Shown here in pieces: positions 12,212 to 26,575 of a stretch of 64,000 nt of DNA. Position numbers and translations under genes: made by a program. The DNA is from Mesotaenium endlicherianum. Lineage: Eukaryota. The stretch is from assembly GCA_009602735.1 (NCBI GenBank), contig WELA01002856.1:124001-188000 (forward strand). Reading direction: 5' to 3'. Numbering within the stretch: position 1 is the stretch's first letter; every line of letters begins with the position of its first letter. The notes under the pieces were generated by a model. That model made no database searches and had not been told where the DNA came from. It was given only the letters and a program-made list of their open reading frames with translations.

Positions 12212-13159
12212 AGTTTGCTGACATGCTGTCAGAAGTCCAACACAATCTGCACAAAGCCCAAGAAAATCAACAGAAATACGCTAATCAGCACCGTCGTGAG
12301 CTGACATTTTCAAGAGGGGATTTGGTCAAACTGCATTCTCAACACCTGTGCCTGCCTGGTGTGGTTAAGAAAAAGCTTTGTCCGATTTGGGTCGGTCCAT
12401 ATTCTGTGGTGCGCCGTGTTGGTCAGAATGCTTACAGACTGAACGTGTCAGCGGAATACAAGGGTCACCCAGTCTTTAATGTCTCCTTCCCGGAACCATA
12501 CGTCAAGGGTGACACACTGTTCACAGGTCGGTTACTTGTCCAACCGAGACCGCTCCCCGCTGTCAGAGATGTTGACCCTGAGGACTATGAGGTCGCGGAG
12601 ATTTTAGAAGCTCGCTTTGTCCGTCGATTGTCGACATATGTCATGAAATACCAGGTCAAATGGGAGGGTTACAATGCTTCTGGGGATACTTAGGAATTTC
12701 AGGACCATTTGACCAATGCCAAAGGGGCGTTGAAACGGTTCCACCTTCGGGCGGCTGGGGCACCTCGCTAACTGTCATTTCAGTTGACATGGGAAGGTGA
12801 CAGGAGGTCCAGTCTCCTCTTAAGTTGGAGGGGAAAGGTGGCAGTAAACGACAGTTAGTGTGCCAGAAAGGGACAGTACTTGACAGTTAAGTGTCATCAT
12901 AGTGACAGATGGGACAGCCAGGCCCACATTAAGCAAAGTTGGCGAAATGAAAAGGAGACTCGCACATCAACACATCACTTAACTCACCCTGCACACACAT
13001 TCATTTGTTTATCGTTCATCGCACTACAGCTACGTTAACTCCTAGTAACCACCTTGTAAGGTAAACAAGAACAAATCTAACATCATAAACTTGCTTCTCT
13101 TCCTGCAACTCCTGTGACAAAGATCGAGATCCTACTTTTGCCCTGGTTCCATGTGCAGG

Positions 13160-14834
13160 ATGGATCCCACCTCACAAAAGGAAGACAGGAAGCGCAAGGC
13201 AAAATGAGCCAGGAGGAGAATGGAGCAATACCAGAAAGAGCTGGCGGCGACGTCCCTCACCAGGAGAGAATAAAAAAGGCTCCGCAGACAACAAGAGGGG
13301 CAGAGGAAGCACAGAGGAAGAAGAAGCAGGAGGCAGAAAACCTTAGGAAAGCGGAGGAGGAGAGACAAAAGAAACAACAAGAAGAAGCGGCAGCAGCAGA
13401 GGAGGAGAGAAGGAAAGAGGCTGAAGCTGAGAGGTAGAAGAGCCTGGCCACTTACTAATAAGCTGTGGTGGGTGGCCAAACCTTTGATAACCTGAAGAAA
13501 GCATTATTGGCAGTCCAGGAGATCAACAAGCTGGAACAGACAACAACTCTACACAGAGAAGGAGCTGAAGCACTGGATAGGTACGTTGAGACACACACTG
13601 GTGTGGTCCTCTACGAAGATTATGCCAGGATGGTGGGCTATACAGCAGAGCAAGCTCGGTACCTTGCAGCTGATTCGAAGAACAAGCCAGTTCCAGTACC
13701 TAAAATAGTGGGAGATCAGAGACTCATCAGGATGGTGAGCATGCAGCCCGATAGCTTCAAGAATGCGATATTTTACCTGACACTGCTACCAGCTTACAAT
13801 GAAGTTGAGCGGAGGAGTTGGGAGTACCTGGCTAGGGAAACAGGGCAGCAGATTTTCTCTTCCCACTGGTTTTCTTGCTAGCTGAAAAAGGCTGAGCATG
13901 GGCCACTACCAGCAGCCCACAAACTGGAGATCGATGACCGTCACTAATAAAAAGCAGGATTGTTACCGAGCCCAACCAGATGACTTCCACTATGGGCTAG
14001 ACGGCTACCTTATCCTGCCACCTCACATTGCCCCTTGGGACCCCAGGCTGAATGGATGCTTAAGTAATATGAATGCAGAGACCAAAAAGCAGAGGAGGAG
14101 GGGGAGAGATTATTTCTCTAAGGAGATGTATGCCTTTGTCAAATGGGCAAAGAATGCAGGCCAGATAGATATGAGCAGGCAGAAGGCCAAGCAACCTCCT
14201 GCTCGTCCTAAGAAAGGGCGGTCAGTAGATTTTTCCATGTCTACCAAGGAGCAGGATGACTTAGTGGACGAGACCCCTACCCTTTCGGAGGAGGAAGATG
14301 AAGAGGATGAGGAAGAAGTACAAGGCAGAGGAGAAGCATCAGGAGCTGGTACTCAGGAGGCCCAGGGGCAACAGGAGAAGGGACTCCTAGAGCGTCAAGA
14401 TCAAGTGTATGGAATATGATCCCTACTATGGAGGCAATAGGATCCCGCACTTGTTCTCCCAGCCCACCTGCCCAAGCAGGGGAAGAAGTTGATCTGATTG
14501 TTCTTGGCAGCAGAGAAAGGCAGAAATCCCCAGAGGACAAGGGTACCAGAAGAACAATACGCGGAGTAGCCAGAGGTAAGCTGGCCATCCCTTTCAATCA
14601 GGGACATGTGCCTCTTGCCAATGTATTCCAGCATCCTACAGGAATGCCTGTTTATGTGGGTGTCAACACAGCCAGGTGGTTGAAGAGCAGGCTACAATCC
14701 TTCGTTTTTCTCGAGGCCCAACTTTAGAACAAACAGGGTTTTTTAGAAGGCCAGCTGACAGACCTAGAGAGCTGTCCAGATCTAGGTCCAGATCTCAGTC
14801 CCTTGACCTCGGAGTCTCTGGAACAACCCCCTAA
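13160..14834 (+). pseudogene. Extra ORF of family B (unknown function), disrupted copy 1
   Basis: Fragments 13114-13437, 13465-13881, 13898-14419 and 14416-14727 are homologous to 54171-55708. Confidence 0.75.
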
Positions 14835-16119
14835 ACATCAAAACCATCCTTCAGTCAAGCCTTGCTGGAGATCTCTCTGTGTGCATCCCACAACGGAGGT
14901 GGACTGAGGGTGGAGGTGATAGTTTCCTGTCACTAGTGATCCCCACAGCTAGGCAACAATGTTAAAGCAAGAGGCAAGCAGTGGGATGTTAGTTCTGTTA
15001 GTTCCCTAACCAGATAATTCTATAATTTGATGTTGTCGAGGCGACAACAATTTAAGTTGGAGGGATTGTAATGAATCAGTATATTGGTTTAGTACAGCTT
15101 GCTGAACTTTAGTTAATATTCAGTCGGTTGGACTTTATATCATTGTCAGTTAAATGACGTAGCCGAGAGCAGCAGGCTGAAGTCAACTTAGGTCAGCTCG
15201 CTGACACATTCTTTGACAGCCAGCTGACTTCCGTACTCGGTAGCAGCAAACTGCCTAGATATGCATCTAAGTGTGATATGCTAGATCAGTGGCCAAATGA
15301 CATCCTTCGGATGGATGGCGACTTGGGATGATGGGAGATGGCGGTGGATTTGGTTAATCAAGGTCCTACCAACGTAGTTAACTCTCAGGTAGGCGGTGCC
15401 ATCGCACTTGCCGTTGAACAGTAAACTCATTCCATGTACATATGCTAGACATTGCTCTCGAGTTTGGCATTTGGAAACGAGGCCAACTCTCTGGTACCGC
15501 TTACCGAGAGATATCTGAATCCAAGGCGAGAAGCCATTGATACACACTGTCTTCTAGCCTTGCTTATGTATGAGTTTACTGATTGCATCATTGATGCTAA
15601 TCTACTTGCATTTGACTTGCGAACATTGTCCACTGCTAATGTTTGTTTTTTGCTGATTAAATCCATGAACAAAAAAATCATAAAGATTACTTGTTGATAT
15701 AAAGATCTTCATTGATTGTTAATCACCTATTTGGTAAGTCGATTCATTTCAATGACGTTGTTTGTGATTTGGTCACATACGTTACCAGATTTCGCTTATA
15801 AACGACGTTGTGATACGATCACTTTGCCAGATTCGTATTGTTGTACTGGAACATGTTGAAAGGTCGTGGATGCGTCCACACTTGGCCAAACTTGCGTGTG
15901 CACAATGTGCCCTGTTCCCGTCTGTACTCCGTGCGTGTTCATTCCTTCGATTTGCAAAATACTTCATGAGTATTTGCAACGAACTGTCAGTATTGGCTTC
16001 GCCATATACGACTCTTTCAAGGATGAACACATCGAAATAATAAAACGCATTTTGCGTCTAAGCACATTACGTCTGCCCTCACCTATACGCTCGTTCATAC
16101 GCTCGTTCTCCCATTAGCC

Positions 16120-17010
16120 GATCCAAACCTGCTTTCGGAGCAGTCGAGGATGCGTCTCGTGTTGAGAAAGGGGCTGTTTTGCTGCGGGCAGGCCAGCCTA
16201 TTAATTTTGAGAGTTGAAAGCTAATACCTGCCTAAATCAAGCAATTATATACGCTTTGAAAGATTTGGCGAGGTTACTTGGAAGGCTACAAGGGTTTGGC
16301 AGTGGTTACGGATCACTATTCACATACCTTCCTCCACGATTAACAAGCCAACGCTGTCAAGGAGACAGACAAGATGGTCTGAGTTCTTGCAACGATTCAC
16401 TTTAACTGGGCGGGATCGCCTTGGTCGCAACGATGTTGTGGACCCTCTAAGTCGAATTCCTCAGCGTAACTTGCTGCTGGGGATCGTTGCGGGCTTGCAA
16501 GAACAAAATAGTCAGGCTTCGAGGGCGGCCACCCTTGATTCTGCTGTCCCCCTCCAGACGTCTGACCGCACTCCGCCTGGTGACGCAGGCCAACCTGATT
16601 TGGATAGCGTGCATACTTCGGTCACACTTGACCTGCATCAATTGTTTCACGAGGGCTATCTTAAAGATCCGTTTTTCCTAGATCTCTAGGGTACAGGCTT
16701 GAACGGTGTACCGTAACGATGGACAATATGAACAAAAGGAAAGGACACTCAAACGTTTGAGGACGGTTTTTGGTGACACAATGGGCGCATTGTGGTCCCA
16801 GAAGGCCAAGTAAGATATGTGCTACTACGTGAAGCGCATGACTCTCCTTACTTGGGTCATTATGGAAAAACCAAAATCACACACGCTTTGCGTCGAGAGT
16901 ACATTTGGCCGTCTCTTAAGGTTGCCGTTGCCGAGTACAATACCAACTGTGTAATATGTCAGAGGGATAAACCGCGCAATACATTGCCCGCTGGGAAGTT
17001 GCTACCTAGT
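16120..17010 (+). pseudogene. pol: Old Ty3/gypsy pol relic (RNase H to integrase zinc finger)
   Basis: LLREAHDSPYLGHYGKTK..YIWPSL..CVICQRDKP..GKLLP. Upstream remnants RWSEFLQRF and VVDPLSRIP. Confidence 0.8.
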
Positions 17011-19419
17011 TCTTCTCAAAGGGGACTGGCAAATGCTGCTGCTCTCAAGAGTCAAAGTGTACAAATATCGTGACGCTCTTCTTGCACTTCCTTCTTAGTC
17101 CATTTAGCACGTTCCCAACAGCCCCCTCTGCGATACACTATATGTGAGTATTCTCATACTCTACGCTCATCCGTTCTTGCAGTTGCTTCTCACGGTTTCT
17201 TGCAATACGTATTTGTTTGCTTAGTCATTTTGATTTGACATAATCTCACATTTCATTGTACTAACCTCTTATATGTCCATATTACCATTTCTTGGCCGGA
17301 GTACTACCGACACTACGACGTTTTGAAGGCCCAAGTGTGCTGCTGGTTACATTTTAGGTGAGCACGTCCAAATATCACTCTCACATTCATTTCAGAAGCG
17401 TCAGTGCAAGTTGTGACATCTAGTGCACGTGTTAGTTAAAAAATTAAGGTTGAGTAATTCCTTAAGGGACCTGCAGATGCCTTCTTTTGCCTGCCTGTTG
17501 CCAAATATGTCTGCTTACTGTGTCACAAAAACTCTACAAAGAACTCGATAGTGTACCCATACTTATTTCCATGCTTTCTTGCATTTCTTGGCAGGTACTC
17601 ATTGTGACTTGCTAATGTAAGTTTTACTACATCCAAGGAAATTATGATTGCATCTTTTGACACATATTGAAGTGTTGCTCTTACGTGCAGCCTTGGGCCG
17701 CTTAGCATGGGATCAATATAAGCAAAACTTAGCATTCGCAGAGTATGGTGGGCTTATTCTTGTGGCCTTGTGCCATTTCGAGTTAGTGGTTAATGTGAAG
17801 GTTGGGCTTCAATAGTTATGTATGATTTGTAGGGTATTCTTGATAATTTCTGGCAGCAGTATTATCATGTATTATTCTTACAACGTGGGTAGTCCGTCTG
17901 TGACAGCCTTGTCTCTCGTGTTGCTAAATGTAGGAAGCTTGAATTTTCTATGTGCAGCTTGGTGGAGTCAAGCCTCTGCGCCCCCTAATTGCAAGTTTGT
18001 TGTTGGAGCCAAGTCATACACGCGTGAATATCCTGCACATCAAAGGGGGCAAGTTGGGACCTCTCCCTTATAAGTACAAGTTGGTGAAGCTTCGTCTTAC
18101 GAACAAAAACGCGCCCACATCAAGCCTCAAGGGTGCCAGGTAATTAAACTGCCTATTCCTCCTCCTGGCCCTGTCTGCTCCCTCCCTCTGCTGTCTAAGG
18201 TCTAGTTGCTGTCCGTCCTCTCCTTGCCTTTATTATCCTTCGCTGCTCTCTTTCGTTTCTTTCATAAATCTATGTGCTGTTTTTGCTCTCTTTCCTGGTC
18301 TGCTCTCAGTGCTCTTTCTTCCTTCTTTCTTGTGCGGTAGCCCTCTCTTTACTATCGCTCTGCTATTTTGTTCTCAATTTTCGCAGCTTTTGTGCTATGT
18401 ATGCTCCCTGTGCTCTCTTGCTATGTCTGCCTGCTATGTCTCCCTCTTACATCATGTCTTCTGTTGTGCTGTCTGCCCTCTATTGTGCTCTCCATGTGCT
18501 CTCCCTATTTTGGTGCTCGGTCATTGTCGGACTGTTCAGGCTTGCACCAGCAGCCTTGATTTTATTTTTTTACATCTGCCTGGCCTCCTATCTCTGTCTC
18601 TCTCTATTATGTCCTGTTTTTGTCTCTTGTAAGTTCTTGTGACTTTGTCTCCTTATGCTTTCTCTTCTTGTGTGCTTGCTCTCTTTAATGTCTTTTATCT
18701 TTTCTTGAGCCTGCTGCGACAAGCCTATTTTTTGCATGTTTCATGTTTTGATTTCGTGAGCTTGCTCTCTTTATGTTGTTGTTTTGTTCAAGTCCACAGC
18801 AGCAGCCCTATTTTGTTTCCATTTATCGTTGCCCTGCGTCCAATTTTTCTCTCTCTATTATCCCCTCTTTATGTCTCTCTTCGTATGTCTTTTATGTGTG
18901 TCTTTGTGTGCTTGCTCTTGTAAATGCTTTTTATCTTGCCTCGGACCTGCAACAGCAGACCTTTTTTTTTAATATTGTCTTATGTGTTGGACTCCTCGAG
19001 CGGAGGGGGGTGCAGGTTGGGCACTACAGCAGCAGCAGTAGCTATACCTTAAAATCTTCAAGCTACAGGCGGATCTTCGCAGCAGTACCAGCTTTGAGCA
19101 ACCAGTTCGTCAAGTATGTGTCCCTCTCAATCTCCCTTCCTCCTGTGTAATTGCTGCTGCTATGCTCGGACTTACTAGAGGTCATTTTACATTGTTTTCA
19201 TTTTAGTTTCAAACTCATTATTACTCCATATAGTTCATGCTTTGCTCTTGCTTGATTCCATTTATTTCATTTTTGCGTCTCCAGCTCTGGCTCTTTCGCT
19301 CTCTTCATAGGTCTCCACTTGTACCTCTGTATTTTACTGTTTTTGTAAGCTTCTATGTGATTAATCTTCTACTGCTGTCCGTCAATTTTCCTCTCCCTCT
19401 CTCTCTCTTGCTTTTTTAT

Positions 19420-19421
<2 letters not shown>

Positions 19422-19455
<34 letters not shown>

Positions 19456-19693
19456 NNNNNNNNNNNNNNNNNNNNNNNNNNNNNNNNNNNNNNNNNNNNN
19501 NNNNNNNNNNNNNNNNNNNNNNNNNNNNNNNNNNNNNNNNNNNNNNNNNNNNNNNNNNNNNNNNNNNNNNNNNNNNNNNNNNNNNNNNNNNNNNNNNNNN
19601 NNNNNNNNNNNNNNNNNNNNNNNNNNNNNNNNNNNNNNNNNNNNNNNNNNNNNNNNNNNNNNNNNNNNNNNNNNNNNNNNNNNNNNNNNNNNN
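19422..19693. repeat. (CT)n microsatellite running into an assembly gap (N at 19456-19693)
   Basis: Directly visible. Confidence 0.95.
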
Positions 19694-20970
19694 NCCCCCC
19701 CCCCCTCTCCCCTCTCTCTCTCTTATTCTGGCAGGCCTGCTGCAGCAGGCTTGCACTTTATGTCTTCCTCTATGGCGTGTTTTCTCTCTGACTCTCTCAC
19801 TCTCTCTTTTCTCTCAAATTAACTCACTTTCTATTTTGTGTCTCTTTATGTGCTTCAGATTCTACAAGGTCAACATGTCGCTTCTTTCAACACCATTCGC
19901 TTCTGTACTGGCTACTAGGGGAGCACCTTTTGCACATAAGCCTCCTAGACATATGCGAGAGGTTGCGCCTGAATGGAGCTACGTGACCACCGTCACTCCT
20001 GCTCCAAGCCGCAACCGACATCTTGAAGTGAAGTGCAAATTTTGCGACCATGTGTTTTGGGGAGGTATTACAAAGATTTAGTGGGGGCTAAAGGTATTCG
20101 TGAGTGTGAGGATGTACCTATGAATTTGAAGAAAGCAATGATTATCCGTCATACTTCCACATCTCGCATGCAGCTTGGTAAACGTCGGTCGAAGAGTGAC
20201 GTGAATTCCTCACGCAATCTCTTGTATGGAACGCCTGCAGTTGAGCCTGAACTTGAAAGTTCATCTGGCAGAGAGTCAGGGCAGTCAAGTTTACCGAATC
20301 TTTTCAAGAGAATGAATACTAATAGTGTTCATGAAGTAGTGGCCAGGTTCTTTTACGCCACGGGAGTTTCTTTTAATGTAGCGCGAAGTATTTTTTTTGT
20401 GGACATGATGAATGCTATCAGCAAGTACAGTGTAGTGATTTGAGTTATTATATATTAGTATGCATATATTTTAATGTTTTCAAATATATTTGGAGTAGTA
20501 TTGTGTGGAGTCAAGTGTGAATAGGTACTCTAGTAACTTGGTTCATGTCCTTTGAACCTTCCAAGGCATTTTCGAAGTTAGAGGAAAGACCTAGAAGAAC
20601 TCCATGTGGCAAAAGTCAGATGTGCCATTTTAGGTCAAAAGGACATGTGTACATTATTCTAGAAAGAGGTGGCAAGTTTTGGGATGTGTTGGGTGCCAAC
20701 ACATCAACATACACCTTCCTAGAAATTACTTATGTAGCACTTATATAAGTAAGAGCTAGAACATAGAAAGACATTGCAGAATCACTCTTGTACTTGCCAA
20801 AATCCAGAAATATATTAACTTTCAAGAAGCCATCTCTCTTTCAAGAAGCTACCACTTGTGTTCAAAGATCCTTGTCTTGAATAGATAAAAGTATTCTGTT
20901 TTACTAAGTACTTTATCTATCTGTTTCACTACAGTGGTATCGGAGCTAGGCACTTTGGTCGCACAAGAAG

Positions 20971-22251
20971 ATGGCCGATCCTCAAGACCAACAGCAAGCT
21001 TTGGAAGGAAGCCCTTCCTCTCCAAGACACCCTCTTCCAGCGCTGATGGGAGAGCCCACTCAAGAAAATCTGCAACAACAAGAAGCACCACAAGTAGGAG
21101 CACACCCTCCTCCAGCGTCCATGGGAGAGCCTACTCAAGGAAATCTGCAACAACAAGAAGCACCACAAGGAGGAGCACCGTCAAATCCCGTGGCAGCCGC
21201 TATAGCAAAGTTGACCCCACCACAAGGAGTTCCCGCAAATGAGTGGGCAGCCTTCCTAATGACCGTCCACAACCAAGTGGGCTTGGCCACCTATGAAGCA
21301 ACCGTGCAAGCGTCAAGAGAAGCTATGGCTGCCATGGTTGCCCCTATTGCGAGCAATGCTCAAAATCCAGCCCCGGCTCAAGCGCCTCCACAAGAGCCAA
21401 CGAGAGCAAGGAAACTCATCAAGCCCGGCAAACCCGACACTTTCAACCCCGGGAAAGGTGCCAACCTGAATTTATGGCTCTACCAAGTGGAGACGTACCT
21501 CGCGTTCCTTGAAGTACCCGAGGAGGACTACGTTCCCTTTGCCGTTACCTTACTTAGAGGAGCAGCAACATCATGGTGGCGTAACTATCAAGCGGCTATA
21601 TATCAAGCTATGGCGCACCCCATGCTCGGCCAAGAGCCCCCACCATCATATGCAAGATGGGCAGATTTTCGTGAGGCCCTCAAGAAGCAATTCATGCCCA
21701 TCAATGCGGAGAAGATTGCCCGAGGAAAGCTCCACCATCTCAAGCAAACGACGTCCGTTCAAGAGTATACATCCAGATTTCACGCCCTCACTCTTGAGAT
21801 CCCCAACATGTCTCTCGAGGAGAAGATTGACCGCTACATCTTTGGCCTCAAACCCAAGGTGGCAAAGGAAGTGGAGTTACGCGACTTGACGGACTTCTCA
21901 AAGATCATTGAAGTGGCCCAAAAGGTGGATACCTTGGATTTCAAGCACTCCGTGCCTTCATCTTCACGGGTACCGACGACGCGGGTGTACGCAGCCCCTT
22001 CCACATCCGAATCTGGACCCACACCCATGGAAATCGGAGTTATTAAAAGGGACCCCGCGGCTGCCCGGAAGAGTGGAAGACCCTCCAATGACACTTATGA
22101 TGCAAGAAACCAGCAAGGAGTGAAAGCAAGACTCTCCCCGGCTGAAAAAGAAGCTCTCATGACGGCTGGACTATGCTTTTATTGCAAGGAAAAGGGCCAT
22201 CGTGCACTTTCATGCCCCAAAAAGTTGTCAAAAAACGGACAGCGCCGGTAG
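20971..22251 (+). CDS. gag: Gag (retrotransposon gag domain plus CCHC zinc knuckle), family C
   Basis: 426-aa ORF with [28 protein letters not shown] and [14 protein letters not shown]. Confidence 0.95.
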   Translation: MADPQDQQQALEGSPSSPRHPLPALMGEPTQENLQQQEAPQVGAHPPPASMGEPTQGNLQQQEAPQGGAPSNPVAAAIAKLTPPQGVPANEWAAFLMTVHNQVGLATYEATVQASREAMAAMVAPIASNAQNPAPAQAPPQEPTRARKLIKPGKPDTFNPGKGANLNLWLYQVETYLAFLEVPEEDYVPFAVTLLRGAATSWWRNYQAAIYQAMAHPMLGQEPPPSYARWADFREALKKQFMPINAEKIARGKLHHLKQTTSVQEYTSRFHALTLEIPNMSLEEKIDRYIFGLKPKVAKEVELRDLTDFSKIIEVAQKVDTLDFKHSVPSSSRVPTTRVYAAPSTSESGPTPMEIGVIKRDPAAARKSGRPSNDTYDARNQQGVKARLSPAEKEALMTAGLCFYCKEKGHRALSCPKKLSKNGQRR

Positions 22252-25200
22252 GCCAGGAGCCTACCACCCCAAGACCCACTTCACGAGAAGGCAACACGCC
22301 AAGTGAGGTGGAGACCCCCGTTGAAGACGACGTTCCAGCCCCAATGAGTTTGAGAGGTTACCTTGGAGGAGAGAAGGTCCACATCTTGGTGGATAGCGGA
22401 GCTCAAGGCAACTTCATTGCTGCAGATTTTGCCACCAAGCACGGTATTACTATGCGAACTCTTGACCACGACGAGGAGATTATGATGCCCGATGGATTCT
22501 CCTATACTACCCCTTCCAAGAAGACGTACCCCTTGGCACTCTCTATCAAGTCCTTCAAGGATAGAGTAGTGTTCTCCCCCATGCAATTGGGCAAGTACGA
22601 CGTCATCCTAGGGACGCCTTGGTTGACCAAGCACAACCCCCAAGTTGATTGGAGGACCGGTACTATCAAGATCAAGAATGACATCACTTCAAGAATCTGT
22701 ATTTTGCGCGCAATCCAGAATATCCAGACCCAAGACATCCAGAAGCCGGCACACGAGATACTATTGTCCGCCCTCCAACTCAAGAGACTTGTGAGGAAGG
22801 GACACGAGCTTCTTTTGGCCTTGATCACGCCAAAAGACATCAAGAAAGACATCGAGAGTCAAGAAGGCAGCCCCGTTCCCAAGGAGATACAAGAAGTCTT
22901 AGAGGACTACAAAGAAGTGTTCTCCCCGGAATTGCCCAAGGGCCTACCCCCCAAAAGATTCGTAGACCACAAGATAGAGTTGGAGCCCGGAAGCAAGCCC
23001 ATCTCTCGGCCTACGTTCAAAATGTCATACACGGAGCTAGACGAAGTCAAGAAGCAAATCAAGGAGCTACTGGAGCATGGCTTCATTCGACCTAGCAAGT
23101 CGCCATTTGGAGCCCCGGTGCTATTTGTCAAGAAGAAAGATGGTACCTTGAGGATGTGTGTGGACTATCGCGCCCTCAACAAGATCACCATCAAGAATCG
23201 ATACCCGCTGCCGCGCATGGATGAGCTCATGGACCGGCTGGTTGGAGCCAAGTACTTCACGAAGATTGACTTACGGAGCGGCTACCACCAGATTCGCATC
23301 GCAGAACCGGACATAGAGAAGACGGCATTCAGGACAAGATATGGACATTTTGAGTTCATGGTCCTGCCATTTGGACTCACCAACGCGCCAGCAACTTTCA
23401 TGACTATGATGAACACCATATTTCAGCCCATGTTGGACAGATTTGTGGTGGTATTCATCGATGACATCCTTATCTACAGCAAGACCCTTGAAGAGCATGC
23501 GAGACACTTGAAAGAAGTCCTTGAAGTATTGAAGCAAAACAAGCTATTTGCGAAGGAGTCAAAGTGCGAGTTTGCCAAACAAGAAGTGGAGTTCCTAGGT
23601 CTCCACGTGACTGCTGATGGCATCAAGATGGACCCCAAGAAGACCACGGTGGTGGAGGAATGGCCAACCCCCACGACCAAGAAAGAACTCCAGTCATTCT
23701 TGGGATTTGCCAATTGGTACAGAAAATTCATCCAAGGCTTCTCGCACATAGCAGCCCCCCTGACAGATCTACTCAAGAAGGACAGGCTATATACATGGAC
23801 CGAGAAAGAGGAAGAGGCATTTCAAGAGTTAAAGCGAAGATTGACCACATCCCCGGTGCTCACACTCCCAAGTCCAAACCCAGATTGGCCCTTCCACGTC
23901 ATCACCGATGCATCTTCCTATGCAATAGGAGCAATCCTGCTTCAAGACCAAGGCAAGGGACTGCAGCCCATCGCCTACGAGTCAAGGAAGCTAAATCCAG
24001 CCGAGCAAAATTATACAACCACGGAGCGAGAGGCATTGGCGATTGTACATGCCTTGAAGGTTTGGCGCTGCTACGTTGAAGGACGCAAAGTACTGGTCAC
24101 CACGGACCACGAGGCGTTAAAGCACCTCCAAACGCAGCCGTATCTCTCAAGGAGACAAGCAAGATGGAGCGGATACTTGCAACAATACAACATCACGATT
24201 CAGTACCAGCCCGGCAAGACAAACCCGGCTGACCCCCTCTCAAGACTGCAATTAAATGCAGTGATGGTATCCCTGAAGACAGATCTGGAAGCTCGATTTT
24301 CAGCCGCCTATGAAAGAGACCCTTACTACAAGAACGGAGAAGCAGCCTTGGACCCATGCAAGAAGCAAGAAGGCAATTATTGGGTGAGGCAAGATACGGG
24401 CCAGAGATGTGTTCCTAATGACATAGACCTCCGGCTCTTGCTTCTACGAGAAGCACACGACAACCCTCTTGGAGGACACTTTGGAATCCTAAGGACCACG
24501 GGCGTTCTAGCTAGGACTTATTGTTGGCCAGGCATGTCTAAGCAAGTCAAGGAGTACTGCAGGAGCTGTGACACATGCCAAAGAATCAAGCCATCATCGC
24601 AAAAGGCGGGAGGACTCCTCCAACCACTACCAATCCCCGAAAGACAATGGACGGACATCTCAATGGACCTTATCGTGGACTTGCCCGTGACACCTCGAGG
24701 CCATAATGCAATACTCACGGTGGTGGACAGACTTACCAAGATGGCTCATTTTATTCCCACGACGACTAAGGCTACAGCACCACAACTTGCAAGACTCATC
24801 TTTGACAACATCTTCCGACTCCATGGACTACCATCAAGAATTGTGTCAGATAGAGATCCAAGATTCACAAGCCATTTCTGGAAAAATCTCTTCAAGAACT
24901 TGGGTACATCGCTGGATATGTCTACTGCCTACCACCCACAATCAGATGGGCAAACCGAGCGTATGAATCGTACCCTAAAGACCTCTCTAAAGGCCTACGT
25001 GTCTACCCTCGAGCAAGACTGGGACATGTACTTGACCCCCCTCGAGTTTGCCTACAACAACACTACGCAGGCCTCTACCCAAGAGTCCCCATTCTTCCTC
25101 AACTATGGCTTCCATCCGACCACGCCACTGAGCTTCACGGCTGGCCATGATGAAGTACCTGCAGCCACAGATTTTATGGAGACATTAGAAGCAGCCCTTA

Positions 25201-25838
25201 CAGCAGCGAAGAAAGCTCTACAACACGCGCAAGATGCTCAAGCAAGAGTGGCGAACAGATCCAGAAGAGAAATTACGTACAGAGTGGGTGACAACGTGTT
25301 ACTATCATCCAAGAACATTTCCCTGAACAACAGGCCTGCCGGCAGCAAGTTCTCTCCCAAGTATTTGGGACCCTTCAAGATTATCCAGCAAGTCAACCCT
25401 GTTGCTTTCAAGCTAGAACTTCCCCAGACTAAACACATCGACCCCGTATTCCACGCTTCCCTCTTCAAGCCATATGTGCAACCCGACAACAAGTTCCCAG
25501 GACGTGTGACAACCCCACCAGCCCCAACAATAGTGGATGATCATTTGGAGTACAAAGTGGAAGACATAGTGGCTATGAGAAATTTCAGGAGACAGCAGCA
25601 ATACTTGATCAAGTGGAAAGGATATCCAGATTCGGAGAATAGTTGGGTGGCGGCGCACTACCTTGACAAAGTTCAGAGAAAGTTGAAGCGCTTCCATGCC
25701 GACAACCCCCATCTTGGACCAGCCCCAAGTCTCTCTACTAGAAGCCCAGAGACTTCAGGGAGGCAGCCTGCCACCATCAAGAAGCAGCAGAAGACCCCTT
25801 GGAGGCAGCCTGCAAGAACCCCAAAGAGGAAAAATTGA
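22230..25838 (+). CDS. pol: Pol (PR-RT-RH-IN-chromodomain), family C, in the -1 frame relative to gag
   Basis: Open frame 22173-25838 with [46 protein letters not shown] and [15 protein letters not shown]. Slippery A AAA AAC at 22230-22236. Confidence 0.95.
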   Translation, partial: KKRTAPVGQEPTTPRPTSREGNTPSEVETPVEDDVPAPMSLRGYLGGEKVHILVDSGAQGNFIAADFATKHGITMRTLDHDEEIMMPDGFSYTTPSKKTYPLALSIKSFKDRVVFSPMQLGKYDVILGTPWLTKHNPQVDWRTGTIKIKNDITSRICILRAIQNIQTQDIQKPAHEILLSALQLKRLVRKGHELLLALITPKDIKKDIESQEGSPVPKEIQEVLEDYKEVFSPELPKGLPPKRFVDHKIELEPGSKPISRPTFKMSYTELDEVKKQIKELLEHGFIRPSKSPFGAPVLFVKKKDGTLRMCVDYRALNKITIKNRYPLPRMDELMDRLVGAKYFTKIDLRSGYHQIRIAEPDIEKTAFRTRYGHFEFMVLPFGLTNAPATFMTMMNTIFQPMLDRFVVVFIDDILIYSKTLEEHARHLKEVLEVLKQNKLFAKESKCEFAKQEVEFLGLHVTADGIKMDPKKTTVVEEWPTPTTKKELQSFLGFANWYRKFIQGFSHIAAPLTDLLKKDRLYTWTEKEEEAFQELKRRLTTSPVLTLPSPNPDWPFHVITDASSYAIGAILLQDQGKGLQPIAYESRKLNPAEQNYTTTEREALAIVHALKVWRCYVEGRKVLVTTDHEALKHLQTQPYLSRRQARWSGYLQQYNITIQYQPGKTNPADPLSRLQLNAVMVSLKTDLEARFSAAYERDPYYKNGEAALDPCKKQEGNYWVRQDTGQRCVPNDIDLRLLLLREAHDNPLGGHFGILRTTGVLARTYCWPGMSKQVKEYCRSCDTCQRIKPSSQKAGGLLQPLPIPERQWTDISMDLIVDLPVTPRGHNAILTVVDRLTKMAHFIPTTTKATAPQLARLIFDNIFRLHGLPSRIVSDRDPRFTSHFWKNLFKNLGTSLDMSTAYHPQSDGQTERMNRTLKTSLKAYVSTLEQDWDMYLTPLEFAYNNTTQASTQESPFFLNYGFHPTTPLSFTAGHDEVPAATDFMETLEAALTAAKKALQHAQDAQARVANRSRREITYRVGDNVLLSSKNISLNNRPAGSKFSPKYLGPFKIIQQVNPVAFKLELPQTKHIDPVFHASLFKPYVQPDNKFPGRVTTPPAPTIVDDHLEYKVEDIVAMRNFRRQQQYLIKWKGYPDSENSWVAAHYLDKVQRKLKRFHADNPHLGPAPSLSTRSPETSGRQPATIKKQQKTPWRQPARTPKRKN

Positions 25839-26460
25839 CATTAGACACTTTTCTCTTCTTGCAGTTTCTGGACAGAAAGCTAAAACTGCTACTGGTGATA
25901 GGTCTCTGCATGATAAATTTTGAAAATTTACCTGGCTGTAGTCCATCAGTAGCCAATCATTTGGAGTCCAAGTTTGCTTAATTTGGAGCACTGGTGAGAG
26001 AGATATCATGCTCTAAGTAGAAGGGGGTCAGGCTGCTGGCATTGTTAGGGCAGAATATGCCTTCTGACATTGTGCCCTCCCCTGAACTTGGAATGCTCTG
26101 AAACTCAAGACTCTGGTAGAACATCTTACAGCGCCCATTTTGAGACTTACTTTGCAGAATTTGGAGAAGTATAGAAGGACTTATGATTTTCAGAAGTTTC
26201 TGCACAGATTTGGAGGAGTGCCTACTCTCTCAGCTCTCAACGACACTCCAGAAATTAGAATGCTCTCAAATTTGGTGACCCGGTAGAGTTCTCCGACGCA
26301 GTCCGTCTAGCACTCGAATTTTCAGATTTGGAGCAGTTCCGTGGCCGCTATGAATTGTTGAGTTTGTGGCAGATTCTGGGCCAACTTGTACAATTTTCTT
26401 TATCGTTAAGGAGTAGGCTAGCCAATAAGGTCACACCACCTACGACCTTGCCTAGTCTAC

Positions 26461-26575
26461 CTTACATGTGTAGCACCTGACTTGGCGCCTTTGACTAGTC
26501 CTCTTCACATGTGTGGCATCTGACTTGAAACTGTTGACTAGTTTGCTCCACATGTGTAAGACCTGACTTGACGCG
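26461..26575. repeat. Three ~43-bp tandem repeats in the 3' UTR of family C
   Basis: ACATGTGT..CA.CTGACTTG....TTGACTAGT repeated about three times just upstream of the PPT. Confidence 0.75.

Larger units (their letters stand above)
10066..15751 (+). mobile_element. 5'-truncated degenerate family B chromovirus: RNase H, integrase, chromodomain, extra ORF, PPT, 3' LTR (15067-15751)
   Basis: Colinear with ~51017-56528. Motifs [32 protein letters not shown] and YEVAEIL..YQVKWEGY. LTR TGTAATG...ATTTCA. Confidence 0.92.

Noticed and set aside
17010..18150. Left TIR and 8-bp TSD of the hAT element
   Set aside because: I could not find a counterpart to the CGGCGTAAC motif at 41197, so element boundaries are not called.
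18150..19420. Hydrophobic Leu/Cys/Phe-rich ORFs resembling membrane proteins
   Set aside because: Artefact of T/C-rich low-complexity DNA upstream of the hAT coding region. They overlap in all three frames.
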